From Candidatus Binatia bacterium (GTDB lineage Bacteria > Desulfobacterota > Binatia > Bin18): a DNA stretch of 24,352 bases. This document shows positions 1-7,298 of the stretch, one piece after another (positions within the stretch are counted from its first letter, which is position 1; each line of letters opens with the position of its first letter). The notes under the pieces were generated by a model. That model was given only the letters and a program-made list of their open reading frames with translations. It was not told the DNA's origin and did not search any database. The position numbers and the translations under genes were made by a program. Where the stretch lies: NCBI GenBank assembly GCA_963664395.2, contig CAXXIS010000008.1, positions 1 through 24,352 on the forward strand. Direction: 5' to 3'.

Positions 1-2
1 CG

Positions 3-146
3 GTGCGGGTGACGACGCTGGGGGAAGAGTTCGTGCGGGGCGTCGAGGGGGAATGTGTGGTTGAGGATTTCCCGATGCCCGGTGAGACCGTGACATTAGA
101 GTGGCAACAGAATCAACAGAACTTTGTGACCACGGTGGTCGAGTGA
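3..146 (+). CDS. 3' end of a gene entering from the left; hypothetical C-terminal module (VRVTTLGEEFVRGVEGECVVEDFPMPGETVTLEWQQNQQNFVTTVVE*)
   Basis: Open frame from base 3 to TGA at 144-146, translated by hand. It resembles a repeated C-terminal module I recall from hypothetical proteins of sponge-associated deltaproteobacterial MAGs (recall, not a search). Confidence 0.65.
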   Translation: MRVTTLGEEFVRGVEGECVVEDFPMPGETVTLEWQQNQQNFVTTVVE

Positions 147-191
147 GAGGGAAGGAGCGCGGCGTATGGTGCCCAGGAGGGCGTTGATCCG

Positions 192-492
192 GGCGGGCTG
201 TCGGACCGACGGCGGGCTCGCAATCCGGCCGCCCACGCGCAACTGGCGCGCCTGAGCGCCGGGGCGCTGCCGTCCGCTGGGGTTGCCGTCAGTGGGTCGC
301 TGCTGCTCCACCGCCCGCCCGGTTTGCCGCCGGTTATGGTGCCCGTCAACCCCATGGCCGTGCCGTAGCCGGACTCCGGGGCGGCAGGTCAGCTCCATCC
401 ATTGGCATCTGAAGCGCATCGATCGCAAGCTGGGCCTCGCCCGGCAGGCGGAGTTAGTGCAGTTGGTGCGGGCGCTCATCGACGCTACCTGA
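192..492 (+). pseudogene. Decayed LuxR-family (PAS-HTH) transcriptional regulator remnant
   Basis: Frame 3 reads GGLSDRRRARNPAAHAQLARLSAGALPSAGVAVSGSLLLHRPPGLPPVMVPVNPMAVP, stopped by TAG at 366-368. Frame 1 from about 379 reads GRQVSSIHWHLKRIDRKLGLARQAELVQLVRAL, a LuxR HTH C-terminus. There is no start codon, and there is an internal stop and an internal deletion. Confidence 0.7.
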
Positions 493-569
493 CCGCTCCG
501 GGGACCGGGGTAGCCCCTCCGATCCCTGACCCACCTACAGTTCAGACACATATGGCATGCATCCAGCGC

Positions 570-598
570 TTGACAAGTCGGATATTTGTTTGTATATA
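570..598 (+). promoter_or_regulatory. Candidate sigma70 promoter for the secreted coiled-coil gene
   Basis: TTGACA (570-575), 17-bp spacer, TATATA (593-598), in an AT-rich intergenic stretch. Confidence 0.5.
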
Positions 599-615
599 CC
601 TCCCGTCATGGCGTG

Positions 616-628
616 TAAGTTACTGATT
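616..628 (-). promoter_or_regulatory. IHF-consensus site
   Basis: The minus strand reads AATCAGTAACTTA, matching WATCARNNNNTTR. It sits inside TGTAA-N10-TTACA (614-633). Confidence 0.4.
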
Positions 629-793
629 TTACAGGGCTTTTTAGCACTTAACCTTAGTGGACATCCCCCTAATATAGGGAGGGATTGCCGTTCTCCTGCC
701 GGTGGGGGACGGCGCTTTGTCGGTGACACCCGCAGCATTTTTAGAAGAGTAGAAGGATTGGTCTTGTTTACCCTAACCAGGCGGAGGTGTTCT

Positions 794-2008
794 ATGAGTA
801 TGCAGAGAAAAGTGTTGTTATTCGCGACTGCGTTGTTGCTGTGCGGGGCTCCGGCCTTTGCCCAGAACGCAGCGGACCTGGAAGCGGCAGTCCAGGCTGC
901 CCAGACAGCCTATGATGACGCCGTGGCGGTGCATAATGACAGTCTCGTCGCGCGGCAGGCCGCGCAATTTGTCGTCAATGATGCCAAGGCAGAGCGGGAT
1001 CGCCTGCAGGCGGAGCGGGATCGCCTGCAGGCTGGTACGCAGGAACGCCGGGACGCACAGGCACGCTTCAAAGTCGCAGTCGAAGTGCTCCGCGCCGCTC
1101 GCACGGATCGGGATATTGCGCAGAATGTTTTTGTGGATACCCAGTACGCCAAGTTCGTAGCGTCGGAAGCGCTCGATGAGGCCCGCGCGGCCTACAATAC
1201 CTACCTGGCTTCTCCCGCAGGAGCCTGGGAAGCAGAGATCGCGCGGCTGGAAGCAAAAGTCCGGCAGCTGGAGGCACACCGGGATGCGCTGCAAGAGGGG
1301 TTCAAGACGGCCCAGGCCGAGCTGATGACGGCCAATGTGGATCTGGATGCCTTGCGGGCGGAACTCGAACTCGCGACCGCAGAACTGGAAACCACCACAG
1401 AGGAGCTGGCAGATGTCCAGGACGACTACGCCGCCATGGATAACGTGATGGCTGATATCTTCGCCGGCTGTATGCCCGTCTATGATGCGGCCGCGCCGGG
1501 CGGCTGGGTCGTGAACACGGACACGATCCGCTGTGTTCCGATGGACGTGATCTGGACCAGCGCGTGCTACACGTCATCGCAAAGCCGTTATCCGAACAGC
1601 CGCCTGACGGTCATAGGGACGGATATGACGGACCTACGGGTGGTGACGAGTACGCGCAATGTCTACTTCTGGTCTGATGGGAGTCACGGGATGCCTATTC
1701 ACTCGCCGGCCGAGCCAACAAATATATGGCACGGGGGTGTACATATCTCAATGCATGAGCCGTACCATATGCTGATTACCGGCGTGATCACCGGGGACAT
1801 TAATTTCGAGCTGGAGAGTGACTATATCAATGGCCGCAGAATCAGCGGCGATACTTCTTTCAACACGAACACAATGGAATTTTCCGAGGTAATTAACAGG
1901 CACAATAACGAAATAACCCGGGCGGCCTTCGAAAGGCTCGTAAACAACTTGCAGATGGTGCTCGACGGTCGAGCGGACGAGATCCCCGCCGTCCCGATGT
2001 GTTCATAG
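794..2008 (+). CDS. Secreted protein with Sec signal peptide, long coiled coil and Cys-containing C-terminal domain (about 404 aa)
   Basis: RBS GGAGGT at 783-788 before ATG 794. Signal peptide MSMQRKVLLFATALLLCGAPAFA, then an Ala/Glu/Gln/Arg-rich heptad region, then a globular-looking C-terminus. The ORF-track start at 557 lies in the promoter region. Confidence 0.8.
   Translation: MSMQRKVLLFATALLLCGAPAFAQNAADLEAAVQAAQTAYDDAVAVHNDSLVARQAAQFVVNDAKAERDRLQAERDRLQAGTQERRDAQARFKVAVEVLRAARTDRDIAQNVFVDTQYAKFVASEALDEARAAYNTYLASPAGAWEAEIARLEAKVRQLEAHRDALQEGFKTAQAELMTANVDLDALRAELELATAELETTTEELADVQDDYAAMDNVMADIFAGCMPVYDAAAPGGWVVNTDTIRCVPMDVIWTSACYTSSQSRYPNSRLTVIGTDMTDLRVVTSTRNVYFWSDGSHGMPIHSPAEPTNIWHGGVHISMHEPYHMLITGVITGDINFELESDYINGRRISGDTSFNTNTMEFSEVINRHNNEITRAAFERLVNNLQMVLDGRADEIPAVPMCS
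992..1032 (+). repeat. 21-bp tandem duplication (AERDRLQ x2, one heptad)
   Basis: GAGCGGGATCGCCTGCAGGC occurs at 992-1011 and 1013-1032. Confidence 0.9.
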
Positions 2009-2044
2009 ACTGTGAGCGCTGAGTTGACACATAGTCCCCCTCCC

Positions 2045-2097
2045 GCGGTGGTCAGCCGTTCCCTATCTCACCCGGCTGACCACCGCCCCCTTTTCTT
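2045..2097 (+). terminator. Probable rho-independent terminator
   Basis: Perfect 14-bp inverted repeat GCGGTGGTCAGCCG (2045-2058) / CGGCTGACCACCGC (2073-2086), followed by CCCCTTTTCTT, 36 bp after the stop codon. Confidence 0.65.
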
Positions 2098-2272
2098 CCC
2101 ATATTTCTGCTGCGTCACCTTCTGTGATCAAGGTTTTCCCAGAAGGTCGCTGCGAGGGAGGTGTGGCCGGGGTAATGGTGCCCCGGTCGTGCTGGGCGCC
2201 CTCTCTTGATCACCTATCTGTCAATTTGGATGAATCTGCATGTCCAACGAGGCCGGGGAAAGGAGAAAAGGA

Positions 2273-2359
2273 ATGAAGCTGTTTCGGGAGTTTGATTTCC
2301 ATGTGGAGCGATACCATCAGTTCGGGATACCTGTTCCTCAGTCAGAACGCGGGTACTGA
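2273..2359 (+). CDS. Small ORF, 28 aa (MKLFREFDFHVERYHQFGIPVPQSERGY)
   Basis: Purine-rich RBS (AGGAGAAAAGGA) directly before ATG 2273. Its TGA overlaps the next ATG (TGATG at 2357-2361). Too short for the ORF track. Confidence 0.45.
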   Translation: MKLFREFDFHVERYHQFGIPVPQSERGY

Positions 2360-2589
2360 TGAGCGTTAAGGAATTAGCAAACATCCTGGACACCATGGTG
2401 GAGTCTGCGCCACGCGCATACAAGACGACCATGGTTCTGCTCTTTGGCGTGCAATACGCGCAGGAGATCGACGGCCGGGCACGGGAGATTGTGGAGGCCG
2501 TCGGGTTCCTGTCGCAGAAGGCCATGTATACGAGAGAGGTGTGTCGCGGTATGCGGTTGGCACGCTATGTGACGGTAAGGGTGCAATAA
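2359..2589 (+). CDS. Small HTH-like domain protein (76 aa)
   Basis: The pattern L..M...AP...K..M..LFG..YA.EI ... Y..EV..G..LA.YV resembles a small HTH-like family seen standalone or fused to McrB-type proteins (recall). Confidence 0.65.
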   Translation: MSVKELANILDTMVESAPRAYKTTMVLLFGVQYAQEIDGRAREIVEAVGFLSQKAMYTREVCRGMRLARYVTVRVQ

Positions 2590-2843
2590 TCTTTGCAGCG
2601 ACCTTCCGTGCTTTGCCGCACCCTCCTCCGAGCCAGAATCTATTGCTGCTGAGTTACCCCAGTTTGGGTTACGTAAGTATATTATTACTCTCACCTTCCC
2701 CCACGCGAGCCGTTGCGTGAGCCACCCCGGTTCGATTAAAGCACTTTTACCGTGATTCTTCTCGACTGCGGCCTTGAGGCTCCGGGCGAAAACCGATAGG
2801 TGTTCATCCAGCCCGCGGGAGCGGGAACTGAAGGAGGAAGCCT

Positions 2844-3920
2844 ATGAAAGCCGGAGTCTTTATGATGCCCTCACACCCACCCGAAAGAGGTTTATACGAG
2901 GGCCATGCGTGGGACCTGCAACACCTGGAGTTTGTCGATCGCGTCGGCTTTCACGAGGCCTGGATAGGCGAACATTTCACCGCCCCGTGGGAACCCAACC
3001 CCGCCCCGGATTTGCTCATCGCTCAGGCATTACTGCGCACCCAGCGCATAAAACTCTGTCCCGGCGCCCATCTCCTGCCGTATCATCATCCGGTTGAGCT
3101 GGCCCACCGGGTGGCTTTTCTGGATCATATGGCCCAGGGCCGTTTCATGCTGGGGGTCGGCACGAGCGGCCTGCCGAGTGACTGGAAACTGTTCAATGTG
3201 GACGGTGCGGCCGGCGAGAATCGGCGCATGACGCTGGAAGCGCTCAATATCATGCTCCGGCTGTGGCAGAGCGAAGAGCCGTTTGAATATCGGGGCGAGT
3301 TCTGGTCGTTCAACCGGATTGACACCATGCTCGACAGCCTCAAGTTCCACCTCAAACCCTTTCAGAAACCCCATCCGCCGATCGGTATCGCCGGCCTCAC
3401 CCCCGGCTCGGACACGCTGAAGTTCGCCGGCGAGAACGGCTTCCTGCCTCTCAGTATCGCGCTGAGCAACAGCTATCTCACCACCCATTGGCAGGCCGTG
3501 GTCGAAGGCGCCGAGCGGTCCGGCGTCACGCCGTCTCGGAGTGACTGGCGCATCTCGCGCGAGGTCTATATTGCAGAGACCGACGGGGAGGCGCGCGAGC
3601 AAGCCCTGAACGGCATGCTGGGCCGGGTATGGGGCGAGTATCTGCTGCCGCTCTTCAAGTCGTTCGATATGATGAGCCTGTTCAAGCATCACCCCGAAGT
3701 CCCGGATTCCGACGTGACCCTGGAATACCTGGCCGACTATGTGTGGCTGGTTGGCTCACCGCAAACCGTGACCCAAAAGCTGGGCGATATGTACGAACAA
3801 ACCGGCGGTTTCGGTTGCCTGCTGGCCCTGACGTTCGATCAGTCGGAAAACAACGAGGCCTGGGAAAATTCACAGCGCATGCTGGTTGAAGAAGTGCTGC
3901 CCCACTTCGCAGACGCGTAG
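2844..3920 (+). CDS. LLM-class flavin-dependent oxidoreductase (luciferase-like monooxygenase)
   Basis: 358 aa; motifs GFHEAWIGEH, LLPYHHPVELAHRVAFLDHMAQGRFMLGVG, KPFQKPHPPI, LVGSPQTV; RBS AGGAGG. Confidence 0.93.
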   Translation: MKAGVFMMPSHPPERGLYEGHAWDLQHLEFVDRVGFHEAWIGEHFTAPWEPNPAPDLLIAQALLRTQRIKLCPGAHLLPYHHPVELAHRVAFLDHMAQGRFMLGVGTSGLPSDWKLFNVDGAAGENRRMTLEALNIMLRLWQSEEPFEYRGEFWSFNRIDTMLDSLKFHLKPFQKPHPPIGIAGLTPGSDTLKFAGENGFLPLSIALSNSYLTTHWQAVVEGAERSGVTPSRSDWRISREVYIAETDGEAREQALNGMLGRVWGEYLLPLFKSFDMMSLFKHHPEVPDSDVTLEYLADYVWLVGSPQTVTQKLGDMYEQTGGFGCLLALTFDQSENNEAWENSQRMLVEEVLPHFADA

Positions 3921-3931
3921 GAACAAAAAGA

Positions 3932-4798
3932 ATGGTGGTCGCTTCGCAAACTGGCCCGACCCCGGCGCTCGATTCGCAGGTCCATGCCTATGAACGTGAC
4001 CACCCGGAGCGGCCGTGGATTAGGACATTGCCCGGCCCATCCGAGGTCACGGGCGACGACATGGTTGCAGCGATGGATGCCGTTGGCGTCGACGGGGCAC
4101 TGTTGGTCTCGCCGTGGACCATGTACCGCTTCGATGCGAGCTACGCGCTCGAAGTGTATGCCAGGCATCCCGGCCGGTTCGGTCTGATCAAACCGTTCGA
4201 CCCTCGGGTAGAAACCGTCAGCGACGAGATTGCCGAATGGGCGGCAACGCCGGGCGTGGTCGGGGCGCGCATCATGCTGATGGGCAACGCGACGGCCGAC
4301 GACCCGGGGCTGGATCGGATATTGGCGGCCGGTGCGCGGCACGGTCTGCCGGTGAACGTGCTGTGTTGGGGAAAACTGCCGCTGTTGGGCGAACTGGCGC
4401 GCAGGAACCCGAACACTCAGGTGGTCGTGGATCACGTGGGTCTGCGGCAACCCTTCGAGCCTCCTGCTCCGCCGGAGCCCTTTGCTGATCTCGGCCAGGT
4501 CATCGCCCTTGCCGAGCATGACAATGTCGCCCTCAAGATTTCCGGGGCGTGCACCCTGTCGCACGAGCCATTCCCCTACGCCGACATTTGGGAGCCCCTG
4601 GGACAGATCTTCGAGGCCTACGGCTTTGAGCGCTGCCTGTGGGGCACGGACTGGACCCGGGCGGTCGAGTTGCTGACCTACGAGCAGGGTGTCGAGGCCT
4701 TCCGAGTCACCGACCAGTTGTCCGACTCCGAGCGAGCCGCGCTCATGGGCGGCAGCCTCGCCCGCATCTATAACTGGTCGCCCACGCTTGCGCGCTGA
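3932..4798 (+). CDS. Amidohydrolase family protein (Amidohydro_2, lactonase-like)
   Basis: 288 aa; motifs DSQVH, MDAVGVDGALLV, VVDHVG, NVALKISG, RCLWGTDW; 11 bp downstream of the LLM gene. Confidence 0.9.
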   Translation: MVVASQTGPTPALDSQVHAYERDHPERPWIRTLPGPSEVTGDDMVAAMDAVGVDGALLVSPWTMYRFDASYALEVYARHPGRFGLIKPFDPRVETVSDEIAEWAATPGVVGARIMLMGNATADDPGLDRILAAGARHGLPVNVLCWGKLPLLGELARRNPNTQVVVDHVGLRQPFEPPAPPEPFADLGQVIALAEHDNVALKISGACTLSHEPFPYADIWEPLGQIFEAYGFERCLWGTDWTRAVELLTYEQGVEAFRVTDQLSDSERAALMGGSLARIYNWSPTLAR

Positions 4799-4808
4799 CC
4801 CGCCCCGT

Positions 4809-4940
4809 TACGCCACCTACTTTAACATGGAGCGCCGCAACGGCATCCTCCAGGTGCATATGCACACCGAGGGCGGGCCCGTCATTTACGGCCTGCCGAT
4901 TCACAACGCCTGGTCTCAGTTGTGGCTCGACATCGGGAAC
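4809..4940 (+). pseudogene. Fragment of an enoyl-CoA hydratase/crotonase-superfamily gene (N-terminal part only)
   Basis: YATYFNMERRNGILQVHMHTEGGPVIYGLPIHNAWSQLWLDIGN is a crotonase-type N-terminus (6-oxocamphor-hydrolase-like, from recall). Similarity stops abruptly at 4940 and there is no proper start. Confidence 0.6.
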
Positions 4941-5121
4941 GGCCACCGACGAGAACATCGATATCGAGCGTGGCTCGCTCAACCCCCCACACGCCCGCGG
5001 CGTAGCCGCCAATAATCGCGTAGGGAATGCGGACGTGACGAAAAAGCCGCTGAATCAGGCGGAACGTCTCGTCAATGATGTCGGCCAAAGCGGTACGACC
5101 TCTTGGGATGACGGTGCTCAA
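4941..5121 (-). pseudogene. Truncated nucleotidyltransferase (AbiEii/DUF6036-like TA component)
   Basis: IPYAIIGGYAAGVWGVERATLDIDVLV carries the GG...R.T.DID NTase motif. The recognisable sequence ends at about 4941. Start is TTG 5121 or 5088. Confidence 0.72.
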
Positions 5122-5359
5122 ACTGGGTCAACTCGGACAGGTGGCGAGTCATTCGGTCCAGAATATCCGCCCGGGACTCGTGCGGATACTGACGGCGGAA
5201 CGACTCTTCAAAGGCTGCCAGGGATTTCAGGAGCAGGGCTTTGAAGAGCTTGTCGTCCCGTTTCGGCGGCGACGGGCGGCGGCGACGGGCGGCGGCACCC
5301 CCGGTACGGTGTGAAGTGTGCTTTTTGGCAGACGCCGGGCGTGAGACGGATTTCTTCAT
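5072..5359 (-). CDS. Small basic hypothetical protein, probable partner (antitoxin-like) of the nucleotidyltransferase
   Basis: 95 aa from ATG 5359, overlapping the NTase start. The C-terminal ...ESFRRQYPHESRADILDRM helix is typical of small proteins upstream of such NTases (inference). Confidence 0.55.
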   Translation of the reverse strand: MKKSVSRPASAKKHTSHRTGGAAARRRRPSPPKRDDKLFKALLLKSLAAFEESFRRQYPHESRADILDRMTRHLSELTQFEHRHPKRSYRFGRHH

Positions 5360-5385
5360 GACCGGACGACCGTACAAATCGGCCC

Positions 5386-5976
5386 CTAGAGCGTGCCCTT
5401 GGTGGACAATACGCCCGTGACCCGTGGATCATGTTCAACCGCGCTGCTCAGCGCACGGGCAAAAGCTTTGAAGCCGGCCTCAATGATGTGGTGGGGGTTG
5501 CGGCCCTGGGTCATATTCAAGTGCAGATTCATACCGACCTGATTCGTGCAGGCCAGAAAAAAGTCGTGGATCAGTTCCGTCGAAAAATTTCCCACCTTTT
5601 CCTGTCGAATATCCAGATTGTAGGCCAGAAAAGGCCGCCCGCTCAGGTCAACCACGCACGAGACTAACGCCTCATCAAGCGGCACGCTGGCAGCGCCGAA
5701 GCGGCGGATGCCGTGTTTGTCGCCCAGGGCTTCTCGGAACGCCTGGCCGAGTGCCAGACCGACGTCTTCAACCGTATGGTGATCGTCTACTGCAATGTCA
5801 CCGCTTGCCCGGAGCGTCAGATTAAAGAAGCCGTGTCGGGTAAAGAGTTCCAGCATGTGGTCAAGAAAGGGGACACCGGTCGATACCTCGTACTTCCCTT
5901 CGCCTTCAATTTGAATGCTCAGGTGGATATCGGTCTCAGTGGTCTTCCGCTGTATGTCAGCTGTGCGTGCGGCCAT
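5386..5976 (-). CDS. hisB: Imidazoleglycerol-phosphate dehydratase
   Basis: Motifs RKTTETDI, TGVPFLDHML, DDHHTVEDVG, NPHHIIEAGFKAFARAL, STKGTL. Confidence 0.97.
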   Translation of the reverse strand: MAARTADIQRKTTETDIHLSIQIEGEGKYEVSTGVPFLDHMLELFTRHGFFNLTLRASGDIAVDDHHTVEDVGLALGQAFREALGDKHGIRRFGAASVPLDEALVSCVVDLSGRPFLAYNLDIRQEKVGNFSTELIHDFFLACTNQVGMNLHLNMTQGRNPHHIIEAGFKAFARALSSAVEHDPRVTGVLSTKGTL

Positions 5977-7298
5977 GCCTGCCTCCGTCTAAACGATATT
6001 GCACGGCCCGCGCGTGCGCCTCAAGGCCCTCAAGTTTGGCGAGCCGCACCACTTCAGGACCCAGGGTAGACAGGGCCCGAGAGGAAGCCTGTATCACACT
6101 GGTGCGTTTCAGGAAGTCGTAGACGCCGAGTGGCGAGGAAAACCGGGCGGTGCCGCCCGTGGGCAGAACGTGATTGGGACCGGCCATATAATCTCCGAAC
6201 GGTTCGGTCGAAAGATGCCCAAGAAATATCGCGCCGGTGTTGTGAATATCTTTGATCCAGGTCCGTGGGTTTTTGACCGCAAGTTCCAAATGTTCGGGGG
6301 CGATCGCATTGGCAAGCGTCACCACCTCTGAACGATTACGAGCAATGATGACCGCGCCGAAGCGACGTAAGGAGGCCGACGCGATTGCGCGCCGGGGAAG
6401 CTGGGCGAGTTGTTCGCTAAGTTCCCGGATCACTGCCTGTCCCAGGCGCCGGGATGTGGTCAGACACAACGGCGCTGCCAGGGTGTCATGTTCCGCTTGG
6501 GAGAGCATGTCGGCCGCAATATAGTCGGGCTTGGCCGTGTGGTCGGCGATAACGAGAATCTCACTCGGCCCGGCAATCATATCGATATCAACCCGGCCAA
6601 AGACGAGCCGTTTGGCTGTGGCGACATAGATATTGCCTGGCCCAACGATTTTATCGACGCGCGGAATCGTTTGGGTGCCGTACGCCAGAGCGGCCACAGC
6701 CTGCGCCCCGCCGACCCCGGAAAAAGGCGTCCGCTCCCGCAATACGAGCCGCAGCCAGCAGGGCGGGATTATCTCCTTCGGGAGACGGTGGAGAGACCAC
6801 GATGACCTCTTTGACCCCGGCAACTTTGGCCGGGATCACATTCATGAGCACCGAAGACGGATAGGCTGCGGTGCCGCCGGGAACATACACGCCGACCCGT
6901 TCAAGCGGCGCTATTTTTTGGCCCAGGGTGACCCCAAGCTCGTCGCGGTACGTCCACGATGACTGACGCTGCTTGCGATGAAAGCGCCGGATACGTTGGG
7001 CCGCGGTTCGGAGCGCCTTTCTGGTTGGTGCGGGGAGGCTCTTGAGCGCCTGCGCCATCTCGTCCTGGGTCGCGCCCAGTTCGTGAGACGAGAGTGACAC
7101 CTGATCGAATTTTTTGGTGAGAGCCACGAGTGCCCGGTCACCGCGCTTGTGCACGTCATCCAGAATGGAGCGGACCGCAGCTTCAACCTGTATACTTGCG
7201 TCCTCGCCACGCGACAGCAGCTTGGCGAGGTGGCGCTGGCAGGCTGCGTCTGTCGTGGCGAGCAGCGGAACCGGAGCTTTCGTTGCGGTGTGTGTCAT
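5957..7298 (-). CDS. hisD: Histidinol dehydrogenase (split by a +1 frameshift at about 6715-6718)
   Basis: The N-half has GVYVPGGTAAYPSSVLMN. The C-half has GGAQAVAALAYGT, GPGNIYV, DMIAGPSEI, QAEHD, APEHLEL, GDYMAGPNHVLPT. Removing one G from a GGGG run restores FFRVGGAQ. Confidence 0.93.

Noticed and set aside
557-793. ORF-track N-terminal extension of the secreted protein
   Set aside because: It runs through the promoter and leader; the RBS and signal peptide point to ATG 794.
1700-1960. Asn-codon-rich, AT-richer end of the secreted protein as a DGR variable region
   Set aside because: There is no template repeat or reverse transcriptase in the window.
6715-6725. Programmed frameshifting in hisD
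   Set aside because: There is no canonical slippery heptamer or stimulator; a homopolymer sequencing error is simpler and recurs elsewhere in the window.
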